The notes: generated by a model not told the origin, from the sequence alone. DNA of 64,000 nt from Antechinus flavipes (GCF_016432865.1 NC_067400.1:629362001-629426000); one strand, 5' to 3'; positions 1 to 10,800 are shown, counted from the stretch's first letter. Numbers and translations are program-made.

Positions 1-1683
1 CCCTCGGGGAACGGAAGAGCTTCTCACACTCGGAGCAGCTGAACACCTTCTTCCCGGCCGCCGCCGCCGCCAGAGCCGCGGGGGTGCGGCCCGAGCCGGC
101 GGGGGGCCCCCCCGGAGAAGGCCCGGCCCCGTGGCTCCCGTGGTGGTGCTCCTCCAGGGCCGCCACCGCCCCATAGACCGCCCCGCACACCCCACAGACG
201 CAGGAAGCCGGGCCCGAGTGGGCATCCAGGTGGGCGGCCAGGGCCGCCGCGGAAGCAAAGAAGGTCCCGCAGTCGCACTGGTACAGGGTCTCCTCCGAGG
301 CCTCGCCCAGATCAGCGGCCACGGGGAACGGGGCCTCCTCCCCGGGTATCTCCTGGCATACCTCTACGGGCACCTCCACGGGTATCTCCTGGGATACCTC
401 CTCAGCTTCCTCCACGGGGGCCTCCTGGGATACCTCTGGGGCTACCTCCAGAGGGAACTCCTGGGGCTCCTCAGTGGGGAACTCACTGAGATCCTCTTCA
501 GGGAACTCCTGAACATCCTCTGAGGTGAACTCTTGGGGTTCCTCTGAAGTGAACTCTTGGGGTTCCTCAGAAAGGAACTCCTGGGGCCCCTCGGGGAACT
601 CCTGGGGCCCTTCTGGGAACTCCTGGGGTTCCTCGGAGGGAAACTCCTGGAGATCCTCTGAGGGGAACTCTTGGGGCCCCTCGGAGAACTCCTGAGGCTC
701 CTCAGAGGGGAGCTCCTGGGGATCCTCAGGAGCCTCCATTCCACCCTCCCTGCCCTCAGGCCCAGGCCAGGATCCTTGGAGATCATGGGTGAGCTTGTGG
801 CGCTCCAACAGGGCCGGGGCATTGAAGTCGCGCTCACAGCGGGGGCACTTGAAGGGTTTCACATCTGTGTGAGCAGCCCAATGGGAGGCCAGCTCGGCCC
901 CCGCCAGGAAGCATCGGCCACAGGCCCCGCAGACAAACGGGCCCGTCCCCCCGGTCCCCCAGCCCCCCACCCAGGAGCCCGGCCCGGGACCCGGGGGCTC
1001 CGGGCCGCCCCCACAGGCCACGCAGGGCCCCTCGTCAGAACAGGCGCTGCAGGATGGGCCTGGGACCGGGGGCCCCAAAGTGGGAAGGAGGCCCGGCACT
1101 AAGCCGGACGGGCCCAAGCCTGCGGGCGTGGGGGGGGACATCCCCCGGTGCTGGCGCTTCAGATGACGGCCCAGGCTGGAGCGGGAGGAGAAGCGGAGCT
1201 CACAAATCAGGCAGCAATAAGGCTTTTCACCCGTGTGGACCACCTGCAGAGGGGGGAAGAAGGCAGAATTCCCACATTCAGCCCCAGCCCAGCGCCGCCC
1301 CCACGGCCCCCACCCCGCCACGGAAGGGGCCGCCCCGAGGCGCCGAGGGGGAGGAGGCCCCTGACCTGGTGGTGGAGGAGGCCCGTGGAGTCGCGGAAGC
1401 CCTTGGGGCAGGCGGAGCAGCGGTAGGGCCGCTCGCCGGTGTGAGAGCGCAGGTGGTTGGCCAGGTTGAAGCTGTGCTTGAAGCCCTTGCCGCAGCGGGG
1501 GCAAGCGTGGGGCTTGAGAGCCGTGTGCCGCGCGAAGTGGCGCCGCAGATCGGAGCGGTAGCGGAAGCTCTTCCCGCACTCGCTGCAGTGGAAGGGCACC
1601 CGGGGGGCCACGGGAGGGGCCGGGGCCGGGGCCGGGGCCGGGCCGGCCGCAGGGAGGGGTCCGTCCACAGCGCTGTCCTCCAT
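1..1683 (-). CDS. FIZ1: FLT3-interacting zinc finger 1 (C2H2), 3' end beyond window start
   Basis: Coding exon 1683-1366 starts at GCCATGG and reads MEDSAVDG...PFHCSECGKSFRYRSDLRRHFARHTALKPHACPRCGKGFKHSFNLANHLRSHTGERPYRCSACPKGFRDSTGLLHHQ. A GT-AG intron spans 1365-1244. The next exon, translated by hand from 1243, reads VVHTGEKPYCCLICELRFSSRSSLGRHLKRQHRG...HTDVKPFKCPRCERDFNAPALLERHKLTHDL...SEETLYQCDCGTFFASAAAL...KKVFSCSECEKLFRSPR and is open to base 1. This matches human FIZ1 as I recall it. Confidence 0.96.
335..721 (-). repeat. Coding minisatellite in FIZ1: 12 units of 21/24 nt (PQEF-P/T/S-(S)-E-E/G/D) plus 3 EVxQE(A/I)P units
   Basis: Recurrent plus-strand GAACTC(C/T)TGGGG motifs. In the FIZ1 frame they read PQELPSEE PQEFSEG PQEFPSED LQEFPSEE PQEFPEG PQEFPEG PQEFLSEE PQEFTSEE PQEFTSED VQEFPEED LSEFPTEE PQEFPLE... 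Confidence 0.9.
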
Positions 1684-2652
1684 GGCTTGGGATCTGCACG
1701 TGCCCTGCCTGGGGCATCTCTGCGGAAAGAGAGGTAGGGAAGGGATGGCACCCCTCTTCCAAGGGGCTCCTCTAGAATGGTCAGAGGGTCTCCACTTACA
1801 GGCCCCGCCCCACCCCTTCCAAGGCCCGCCCACTCTGAGACCCCACCCCAAACTCCAAGCCCCACCCCTTCCGAGGATTAGCCACTGCCAAATCCCGCCC
1901 CTTCTACTCAAGCCCCACCCCATCCAAGGACTGCCCACTCTTCTAAAATGTCTCTACCTCCAAGCCCCGTCCCTTCTAAGGGCCCCCCACCACCCTCAGT
2001 AAAACCCAACTTCTAAGCCCCACCCCCCTCGAAGGATTTGTTCCTTAGCCCCACCCACTCCCAAGTTCTTCTCTTCCCCCAAGTCCCACTTCTTCCCCAT
2101 CTAAGCCCCCCCTCTCGAAGCTACTCCTAACTTCTAAACCCTGTCTTCTTCTCTAAGTCCTACTCCTGCCACCTAAGACCCTCCTCTTTCCCCTTTAGCT
2201 CCACCCATTTCCAAAGGCCTCCCGCCCCCTAAGCCCCTATCGCTTACCCAGTTCAAGCCCCACCCCTTTCCTGTGAGCCCCTCCCATTCACCGAACGAAA
2301 CCCCTCCCCCGTTCAAGCCCCTCCCCTCCCCCCACTAAGCCCCCCACCTAGGAGTAAGATCCCCCTTCCCCCTAAACGCCGCCTCCTCGCGGTCCTCCCG
2401 AAGGCCCCCTCCCCCACGTCCTTTGTGTCCCGCTCAGGCCCCCTCCCCACCCCCACCCCCCAAGCCGGGCCGTGAATGGTCCCATCCACGCAGCCCCGCG
2501 GCCCCGGAGGCGGGCGGCTCGGTCGGGCCAGCCCGGGCCGATCCATCCGGCTCCTCGAGGCGGGGGGCGCGGGAGGGGACCGAGTCCCGAGCCATCCGGG
2601 CTCCAGGGGGGGCTCGGACCGCGCCGTGCCCCTCTCTCCTTTAATTACTTAC

Positions 2653-4270
2653 ACCTCCCTCTGGGCGCCGACATTTTGGGCCGCGGGGGTGGCGTCACTT
2701 CCACCCGGGGGGGCCCCTCCACTTCCGGGTCCCCCTTCCTTCCCTGCCCCCCACGCTCCCCCTCCCCTTCTCAGATGTCGCGCCTGCACAGAAGCCGAGC
2801 GGAGCTGGGAGCCATCTTTGAAGAGGGCGGGAGCCGGCGACGGGGGCGTGGCCTCAGCGCCATCTTAGGCAAGGGCAGAGCCTTCTGGAACATCGCGCCT
2901 CGAGGCCACACGGGACTCGGAGAACTGAGAGATCGGCGAGCACCATTTTGGATGCGGGCAGTGAAGCCGGACTGGGCTCCATCTTGGCCGCCTCAGTCCT
3001 CCCGGGGCCCGAAGCCAAGCCCGGCGCCATTACTTCCCGTCGGGCCACGGGACCGGGGCTGTAATGACGTCAGGGGCCCTGGGCTGGAGGGCGAGTGCTC
3101 GAACGTGCTGTGTGACCTTGGGCAGGACCCTGGCCCTCTCTGGGCTTCAGCCAGTGTCTGAATCCCCTCGTAGAGCCGCCTGCCCTCGCGGCTTCTCCCC
3201 TCCCACCCCCACCCCAGTTTCGAGGCCCTTGGTGAGTCCCTGTCCTTCAGTTTCCCTGTCAAGTGAGGCGGCACCCGAGGATCTCCAAGCACCTTTCCCC
3301 ACCCACGGGGCCAGCGCTGCACTTCCCCGGGATCTCTGAGCGCTGTTTCATTGGCGCCGAGCTCTTCCGGCCTCGCTGGGCGCATGCTGGCCGATGTCCA
3401 GCTCTCACCCTGGGACCGCCCCCCATTGCTTGTGTGACGTGATAGGCAGTAAAGGGGCCCACTCTGGGCCTCAACCTCTCCACCTTTACCGTGGGCACTC
3501 AGGCTTTCCGATAGTCACGTGGTGCCGAGCAGGCAGGAGGGGACGCGAAAGCAGCGCGCAGGCGCCGCCTAAGCCCGCAGAGCTGTACGAGCGCTAAGAC
3601 CGCGCGGGCGCAGTCAGCGCTTCCCTCCGCCTTTGTGGCCGGCTCGCGGGGAGGGCGAGGGAGGGGGCGGGGCCGGCGGCGTCACGCGGCCGCCTCCGCC
3701 CCCCTCCCCGGCCCCGCCCCGCCCTCCCCGGGCCCTGGCCCACGCGCCCGCCCTCCCGCCCTCCCCGCCGCCCCCCGCGCGCGCCCCTAAGCGACATGCA
3801 AATGAGGTACCCGGGCGGGGAGGGGGCGGCGGGCGGGGAGGGGAGGCCGAGGGAGGGAGGGGAAGAGGGGGAGGGGAGAGAAGGGAGGGAGGGCTCGGCC
3901 GCCCGCTGCACGCGACCCCCGCCCCCGAGCAGCCGCCTGCGCGCGCCCTGCGGGCCCCTTCTCCTCCCGCGCGCACCCGCCGCTCCCCCGCCGCACCCGG
4001 CCGCTCCGCAAAAACCATTGGTTGTTTTCCCCGCGCTCCGCCCCTTCCGTCCCAGCGCGCGCGCGCCCGGGCCGGACTTCGCCCTCCCTGCGGTCTGCGG
4101 GGCCCCGCTGCGCGTGCGCACTATCGCACTCCGCCCCCGCCCCGCGAAAACGAAGTGCCCGCGCGCGCTCCCTCGCCCTTTTCCCCCTCCCCTGCCTAGT
4201 TAGCGGGGGAGCCCGGGAGTTGGAGGGGGGGCCGGGCCGGGCCAGGGCGGGCCGGGTCCGGGGGTGATCT
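2653..4270. promoter_or_regulatory. CpG island / bidirectional promoter of FIZ1 and ZNF524, including probable FIZ1 non-coding exon 1
   Basis: Very high GC and CpG density between head-to-head genes. A minus-strand donor GTAAGT lies at 2652-2647. Motifs: ETS (CACTTCCGG ~2719), ETS-CRE-like CGTCACTTCC 2693-2702, several YY1-like CCAT(C/T)TT, E-box GTCACGTGG ~3513, octamer ATGCAAAT 3796-3803 and CCAAT-type ATTGG boxes. Confidence 0.75.
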
Positions 4271-5589
4271 GCCCCGGGCCCCAGCTCTAGGGGTCTCGGA
4301 TTCTTTTCCAGTTGTGCAAACCTGGCCCTTACCCTCTACGAGGCTGCTCCCTTCGCCACAGGAAATCCCCAGGGTCACGCCCCCCAATTGCCCTAGTCGC
4401 CCCCCAGGACCGACTCCCCTCTCCGTGTGACCCACCCTTCCCTCCGTATTCAGGGCCAGACCTCCCCGGGCAGCCCACGGCTCCAGGCAAGGGGCCCGAG
4501 GCTCCGCCCCACACCTCTTTATCTGGATCGTGCTGTCCGTCAGCAGCCCACTCTGACCCCCAGATCTCTTTTACCCGCGCTTCCTCAGCCAGCACCCAGT
4601 CCCAGGCTTGACGGCGATGGCCTGTGACCTCCTCTGCAGGCCTGTTTCCATCCAGAGCCGCATCCATGCCCCGCCAGGCCAGTCCCGGGAAGGCCACCGG
4701 AGCTCCCGGCCCTGTGGGAAGCCGAGCCATCGCCATCCTAGTGGCCTTGCAGTGGTCACTGCCAGTGCTTTTGGGAGCTCCAGGTGGTGGCCGTCAGGGA
4801 CGGGAGCTGTCTGGCCACCGCCTCCCCCGTCCCAGGGTTTCCGCTCTGGTCTTTCTGGCGCCGCTGTCATTGTCCTTTATGGAGAAAATGGAAACAAAAG
4901 GTGGTTTGAAAGGGCGCGCAGCCGGGCCTTGTGTTTAGCATCCCTACCCAGGTCTTCCTTCCCCTTCCCAATCGCCCCCGACCAAGTTTTTGGGCCACAG
5001 CCGTCTGCATGGGTCAGTCTGTTACATTTTTCATTCCGGGAGAGACAGGTATCCCTATGTATCCATATACAGAATCGGAGACGGGGTCTAAAGCTGGGCG
5101 CCCCGGTGATACGGGAGACACCGTGAGGGACTAACGACGAGGCTCTGGCGGATTTTCTTAAAACGTTTTCTCCGTTTCTTTTCCGCGGTTGTTTTTGTCC
5201 TCGTTTGCCTTCTTAAGGTTCCGTTTAAAATCCAGTCTGCTGGGTGAGTCCCCCGTGCAGCCACACCAGCCTCTTCCATCCACTCTTTGTTCCCTCCATT
5301 GATTCTCCTAGTTCTTGAAAGAGGGAAAGACCGTCGAGGCAAGTCGTGAGCTCTTCTCCCTGTGGCAGAGAGAATAGAGATGAGCCCGCCCCAATCCCGC
5401 TAGATCCTGCCTCTGGGATCCCTAGTGTCCCCCTCCCCACCCTGGCTTTCCTTGCCTACCATTGCCTCATGGGAACCTCTTTTCTGAAAGAAGCATTTGT
5501 TAGGCCAGCGCTTGAAAGATACTGCGCCGAGCCCTTTACAAACAGCATCTTACTTGATTCTTTGATCTCTGAGAAGAAAGGGACTTTAT

Positions 5590-5710
5590 GATCTCCGTTT
5601 CACAGTGGTGGAAACTGAGGCAGGCAGTGATTAAGTGACTTGCCCCGAGTCCCACAACCAGGCCAGATCTGAACTCAAATCTTCCTGACTGCAGGCCCGG
5701 GGCTCTTGGC
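5590..5710 (-). mobile_element. MIR/MAR-type CORE-SINE fragment
   Basis: TTTCACAG...GAAACTGAGGCA...TTAAGTGACTTGCCC...TGAACTCAAATCTTCCTGACT is the reverse complement of the CORE-SINE core and B-box. Confidence 0.7.
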
Positions 5711-6119
5711 CTCCTTTGAAGTGGGTAAAGCTGTGCAGAGCCCTGAGGAGTCCCGTTGGGTCCCCCCATTTAGCCGCCTCTCTCTTGCCTGGCTCCCTAG
5801 AGCCTTCTGGGCCTCTGGCCGTCTGGCTGTCTGCCTGGAGGGGCCGCCAGTCCCACCTCGGGGAGCTCCCCTCTCCGGTTGACTTGATTTTAGAGCCTGT
5901 GCTCACAGAGGAGCTCATTTCTCCACCCCTACCTGCCCAGGAGCCTGCCCCGAATCCGAGCCGAGCTTCAGGAAGCTCCCATTCTTCATTAGCCTGCTGC
6001 GTCCCCCGTTCCCGGGCTCCCCTCCCCAGGGTCTTCAGCAGCTTGTGGAAGACAGCGGTCTTGGCTAGATGCTCTGTGCCCTGCTTCTTCCCAGAGCATC
6101 GTGGGTATGGCTGTGGCTG

Positions 6120-6301
6120 TGAATGTGTGTGGAGTGAGTGTGTGAGTGTATGTGGTGAGGGGGGTGAGTGTGTAAGTGTGAGATGTGAATGTGAGTGTGT
6201 AAGTGTGAGGTGTGGATGTGTGTGTGAGATATGCGTGTGTGTGAATGTGTTGAGTGTGTGTGAGGTATGAGTGTGTGTGTGTATGAGTGTGTGTGAGGTA
6301 A

Positions 6302-6334
<33 letters not shown>

Positions 6335-6336
6335 AG
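6120..6336. repeat. Compound (GT)n/(GTGA)n microsatellite in ZNF524 intron
   Basis: Direct inspection. Confidence 0.9.
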
Positions 6337-7127
6337 AGTTCCTGTCAGTTTCCCCTCCCCCAGTCTGGCCTCTTCTCCCCAAAGTCTGTCTGGTTTTTTC
6401 CTCACCTCCAGATAACGGCCCCACATCCCGCGGCCTGCAGCAGGTTGGTCCGTCCCCCTCGGTCTTTACTCCCCCAAACCTGCTTGCTTTCTCCTCTGGC
6501 CTCCCTCGGCCCCCAGTCTTGTTCCCTCTTGTTTATCGGAGGCAATTGATGAAACGACCTGGCCAGCGTCAGTGCCAGCAAGTGTGGGCACTCTGCTCTT
6601 CGTGCCCCCCGGGCCGGGGCTGTGGCTCTGTGCCCCCAGCTGCCCCTTCTCTCTCTCTCACCCACCCTTCCCCCCGTCAGGTCACTTCTCCGGCAATGGA
6701 GGCTTCTGGCCTTCCCATTGGGCCTCCTCCCCCTTCTCCGCCTCCTCCTCCTCCAGCCTGGTTCTGGCTCTTTCTCCAAACCCAGTCCCGCGGCCTCCCT
6801 TGCTACTCGGGACTCTGGAACCTTCTCTCCAAATTGTTTGGACTCCGTCCTTCCCGGCCCGGCCCCCGGCTTTCCGGCCCGTTGGTTCCTTGTCCCTCGT
6901 CGCTCCCGTGGGCCTCAGTTTCTGAAGAACCTCCCTTATGATTCCCTGCCTCGGAACGCTGCTCCCTTCGCAGCCCCTCAGGAGGCGAGGTCTCGTCTGA
7001 GCCCCCCATTCCGGGTCCCTCTCCCAGATCCGTCCCTCTGCTGTCCTCCGGCTGACTCTGACCACTGCCTCCTTTCTCCCTCCACCAGCCTAGGTCCTGT
7101 GGACGGGCCCCAAATCCCCAGCACCCG

Positions 7128-8033
7128 ATGGACCCTTCCAGCCCGGAGCCAGCAGCCGAGGAGGCAGAGCGCTCCAGCCCGCCGGCCGATACCCCCGGGG
7201 TGCGCCTCCGCCGCCGCCGCCCCCCCGCCGGGCGGGCCGGCTCCTCCGCCGACGCCTCCTCGAGCCAGACGTTCTCCCCAGCCGCCCGCAAACGGGGCGG
7301 GCCCCGAGGCTCTACAGCGGGGGAAGCCCCCGAGGCCCCGGGGCCACCCGATGGGGTGGAGGCTGAGGATGGAGGGGGCGTCTTGTTGATCGATGCCCAG
7401 GGTGTCCCGTACACCGTGCCCCAGGCAGGTGAGGAGGGCGGGGGGTCCCGGGCCCGGCGGGCCCCACACTTCTGCCCGGTCTGCCTTCGTGCCTTCCCCT
7501 ACCTCTCAGACCTGGAACGGCACCGCATCTCTCACTCAGAACTCAAGCCGCACACCTGCCCAGCCTGCGGCAAGGCCTTCAAGCGGGCCAGCCACCTGCG
7601 GCGGCACCGGAACATCCACGCCGGCCTGCGGCCCTTCCACTGTGCCCTCTGCCCACGGCGTTTCCGGGAAGCCGGGGAGCTGGCCCACCACGGCCGCGTG
7701 CACTCGGGCGAGCGGCCCTACCAGTGCCCGATCTGCAGGCTTCGCTTCACCGAGGGCAACACCCTGCGGCGACATGCCCGTCGCAAGCACCCACCGCCCC
7801 CAGATTCTCCCAGCTCCCTCGCAGGCCCTGGCATGGACCCGCCCTGGCTGGAGGCGATGGTCCCGGAGCTGTCTCCCAGCTCGGACCCTGCTCGGGGGGG
7901 CCCTGAGGAAGACCTAGAGAAGTCCCCGAGCTTGGACCCTGCTCCTGGAGACCCGGAGGAGGAGCCCGGGCGACCTCCTAGTCCAGAGGCTCCCCGGGCG
8001 GCCCCAGAAGATCTGGAAGAAAAGCCAGAATGA
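7128..8033 (+). CDS. ZNF524: Zinc finger protein 524 (4 C2H2 fingers), 301 aa, single coding exon
   Basis: ATG in CCGATGG, downstream of a pyrimidine tract and AG (7087-88). Contains [12 protein letters not shown] and [29 protein letters not shown]...[23 protein letters not shown], matching human ZNF524 as recalled. AATAAA at 8413-8418. Confidence 0.96.
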   Translation: MDPSSPEPAAEEAERSSPPADTPGVRLRRRRPPAGRAGSSADASSSQTFSPAARKRGGPRGSTAGEAPEAPGPPDGVEAEDGGGVLLIDAQGVPYTVPQAGEEGGGSRARRAPHFCPVCLRAFPYLSDLERHRISHSELKPHTCPACGKAFKRASHLRRHRNIHAGLRPFHCALCPRRFREAGELAHHGRVHSGERPYQCPICRLRFTEGNTLRRHARRKHPPPPDSPSSLAGPGMDPPWLEAMVPELSPSSDPARGGPEEDLEKSPSLDPAPGDPEEEPGRPPSPEAPRAAPEDLEEKPE

Positions 8034-10454
8034 TGGTCCTGGCCCAGACCTTCCCCACACGGACCCTGCAGAAAACGCTCCAGAGGTTCCGTGTGTGAAC
8101 CCGAACGGGGTTGGACCTGCAGGAGGCCGAGAGGGAGCCCCCAGGTGGGAGCCCGCAGGGGCCAGCGTGGCCGACCACGCCCCCGAGGAGACCCAGAGCT
8201 GGATTTACCCTGGACACACTCCAGTGAAGGCCGGGGTAGCTGAGGATCCGGAGGAGGCCAAGGGTCCCCAGACCCGAAGTGGTTCGAGCTCAGCCAGGGC
8301 TTGGAATGATGGGAGCCCAGGGGTCTGGGCAGGGAGGGGGGTGGGAGGGCTGACTCTCAGAGAGGTGAGACTGTTCTCAGAACCGGATTGGGGGTGGATA
8401 TGGGGCCAAGGAAATAAATGTGTCTGTCTGCCGGCTGTCAGTGTGTGCTCACTGCGGGGCGCCAGGAGGAGCGGTGGAGCAGGGCTGGGAGGGAGGGTGG
8501 GCCGGGCTGAGGGGGCCGGCCCTCGAACGCAGTGCCGGGGCTCCGAAGAAGGCTTTGGGCTGGCCAGGAAGCTCAGCGATCCCCGCAGAGAGTGAGGGAG
8601 GCGGAAGGTCAGGTGGCCGCCCGAGTGCTTCTCAATTTCCTGCCCGTGTTCTCGGCGGTGAGGACTATGACAGAGTCAGTTCACTTGGACGAGAGAGCTG
8701 GCAGAAGATGCCTGGAAAATGGGGGGAGCCAAGGTGGGAAGGGTCATCTTGGAGAGAGCCAAGAGAGTCCCTCCGGGCAATGTCCTGGTCGGGCTTGGGC
8801 TCCCACACGGAGGGATGGGGAGGCTATGTGCAGGGAGCCCCCTCGAAAGGTCACCAGGGCCTGAGCTGGGCTGGGGCCCAGCTCAGGAAGGTGGGGGGAT
8901 GACTCAAGAAGCCCTGGGTCCACTGGGGTGTGTCAAGGAGAGACCATCAAGTCTGGTACCTAGGGAACATCCCACGGAGACGAGGCGTGCCCGGAGCTCG
9001 GGAGCCGGGAGATGGAGCTCTGAGATTCACCCATCACGCGTGGGAAACCCCAGGGAGCTCCTGAGCTTGACGCTGCAGGAGGGAGCACTCGGCAGGCAGC
9101 ACGCAGAGCCAGGAGGGCCGAGAAAGGAAGCAGGGGATCGTAGCGGCAGAGACTGCCCAGAGGTCACGGAGGACGAGGATGGACACCACGGGCTTCAGCC
9201 ACCAAGAGGTTCTTAAGAACTCGAAGGAGAGCAATTTCATTTGGACAAGGAGCCAGAAGCCCAGTTACTGGGCTGAGAATGAGTAGATGGAGCGATGCAG
9301 AGACGAAGGAGACCGGAACCCCGTGCTGGGTACTGAAGGGGAACAGGGAGTTCAGAGCCGGGTCACAGCCTCAGCCATTGGTGACTCCGAGTACTTTGGA
9401 AGGACTTGCCTAGTCAGAGGCAGGGGATTAAGTATGGCAGCTGCTTCTGGTCTCTGCCCTCTCCTACTCATCCTTTGCTGGCCCATTCAGGTCATCTTTC
9501 CCTGTAGCAATGTACAGGTCTGACCACTAACGCTCCCCTTGGAGCTTCCTCCAGCCTATAGGTAGCCACGTTCCTGAGCCTGGCATTCGAGGCGCTCAAG
9601 CTGGCCTTTGGCCTCCCTCCCTAGCTCCTTTTCTGGGTGCTGCTTCACTGGCTCCGCCTGTCGGCCAGCTCCCGGGCTCACCCTTTCCTCGTCCCGTACT
9701 CATCCCGGGCCTGGCACACGCTCTCATTTCATCTCGGCCTTTGGAGTTGAGCCAAATTTCACAGAGTCCCCCAGGGCCGGGGTTCTGTGCTCTGCTTTCT
9801 GGGGCATCCAAGGGTCTGAGATAAAGGGGACTTTGGAAGGCATTTAGTCAGCTCCAAATCGTTCGTTGTGGAGACATGGGGACGGGCCAGTCCGCCGAGG
9901 CTACGCACAGTCATTGGTAGAGCTGGGATTTGAATCCAGCTCTCCCGACATCCCTGTCTCCACTGCAGCAGGACCCAAAGATGAAGTAGACGGCTCTGCC
10001 TGTTAATGGGGAGAAAGAGGATGATACAAAGGCCGGGGAGACGGCAAAGGGGACTGGGAAATAAGAAGAGGTGGGGATGGGTATTGAGGAAAGTGGCCTA
10101 GAAAGTCAGACCCCGGAGGAAAGGCCAGAGAAGGGGCAACAGATTGGGGGGGGGGGGAACAGAGCAGAATGATGGCAGGGAAGCTGAAGTAGATCCTGTG
10201 TGAAGGAGGGTAGGGGGTTCTGAGGCCGGAGAAGTGACAGAAGACAATCCACACATGAGATCTGTAAGGGCTGCATTTCACGGCCATCAAGACTCTGGAG
10301 ATCTTAGAACGTGGGAGTGACATGTTCAAGTAGATATCTTGTGTTAGATATGCATTGGAAGCAGTTGGACAAATGAATAGATATTATATCATGTGGGGGA
10401 GGGAAAGGGGCCTGGCTCCAGTGAGGTGCTAGAGAGAACGGGAGGACAATCTTT

Positions 10455-10800
10455 CTTTTAAAAAAAAAATTATATTTTATTTCCCCCCAATTATATGTAA
10501 AAACAAGTTTCATTTTCTGTTTAAAAAACTTTCGAGTTCCAAATTCTCTTTCTCCCCTGCTGTCTTATTGAGAAGGCAAATACTTTGATACGAGTTATAA
10601 TGTGCCATTATGTAAAATATATGTCCACCTTCGTCATGTTGTGAAAGAAAACACAAGAAAAATAAAGTAACAAAAACTATATAGTTCAATCTGTATTCAG
10701 ACTCCACCATTTCTTTCTCTGGGGACAGTATTTTTCATCCTAAGTCCTTTGGAATTGTCTTGGATCCCTGCCTTGCTGAGAAGAGCTAAGTTGTTCAAGT
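10455..10800 (-). mobile_element. L1 3' end remnant
   Basis: Reverse-strand marsupial L1 3'UTR motifs (TTATTTTATTTCCCCCAATTATATGTAAAAAC..., CATCCTAAGTCCTTTGGAATTGTCTTGG). Confidence 0.7.

Noticed and set aside
5989-6426. His-Thr repeat ORFs
   Set aside because: They are translations of the (GT)n microsatellite.
8719-9216. 165-aa ORF downstream of the ZNF524 poly(A) signal
   Set aside because: No recognisable domain, no clear splice or promoter support, and its length is expected by chance at this GC content.
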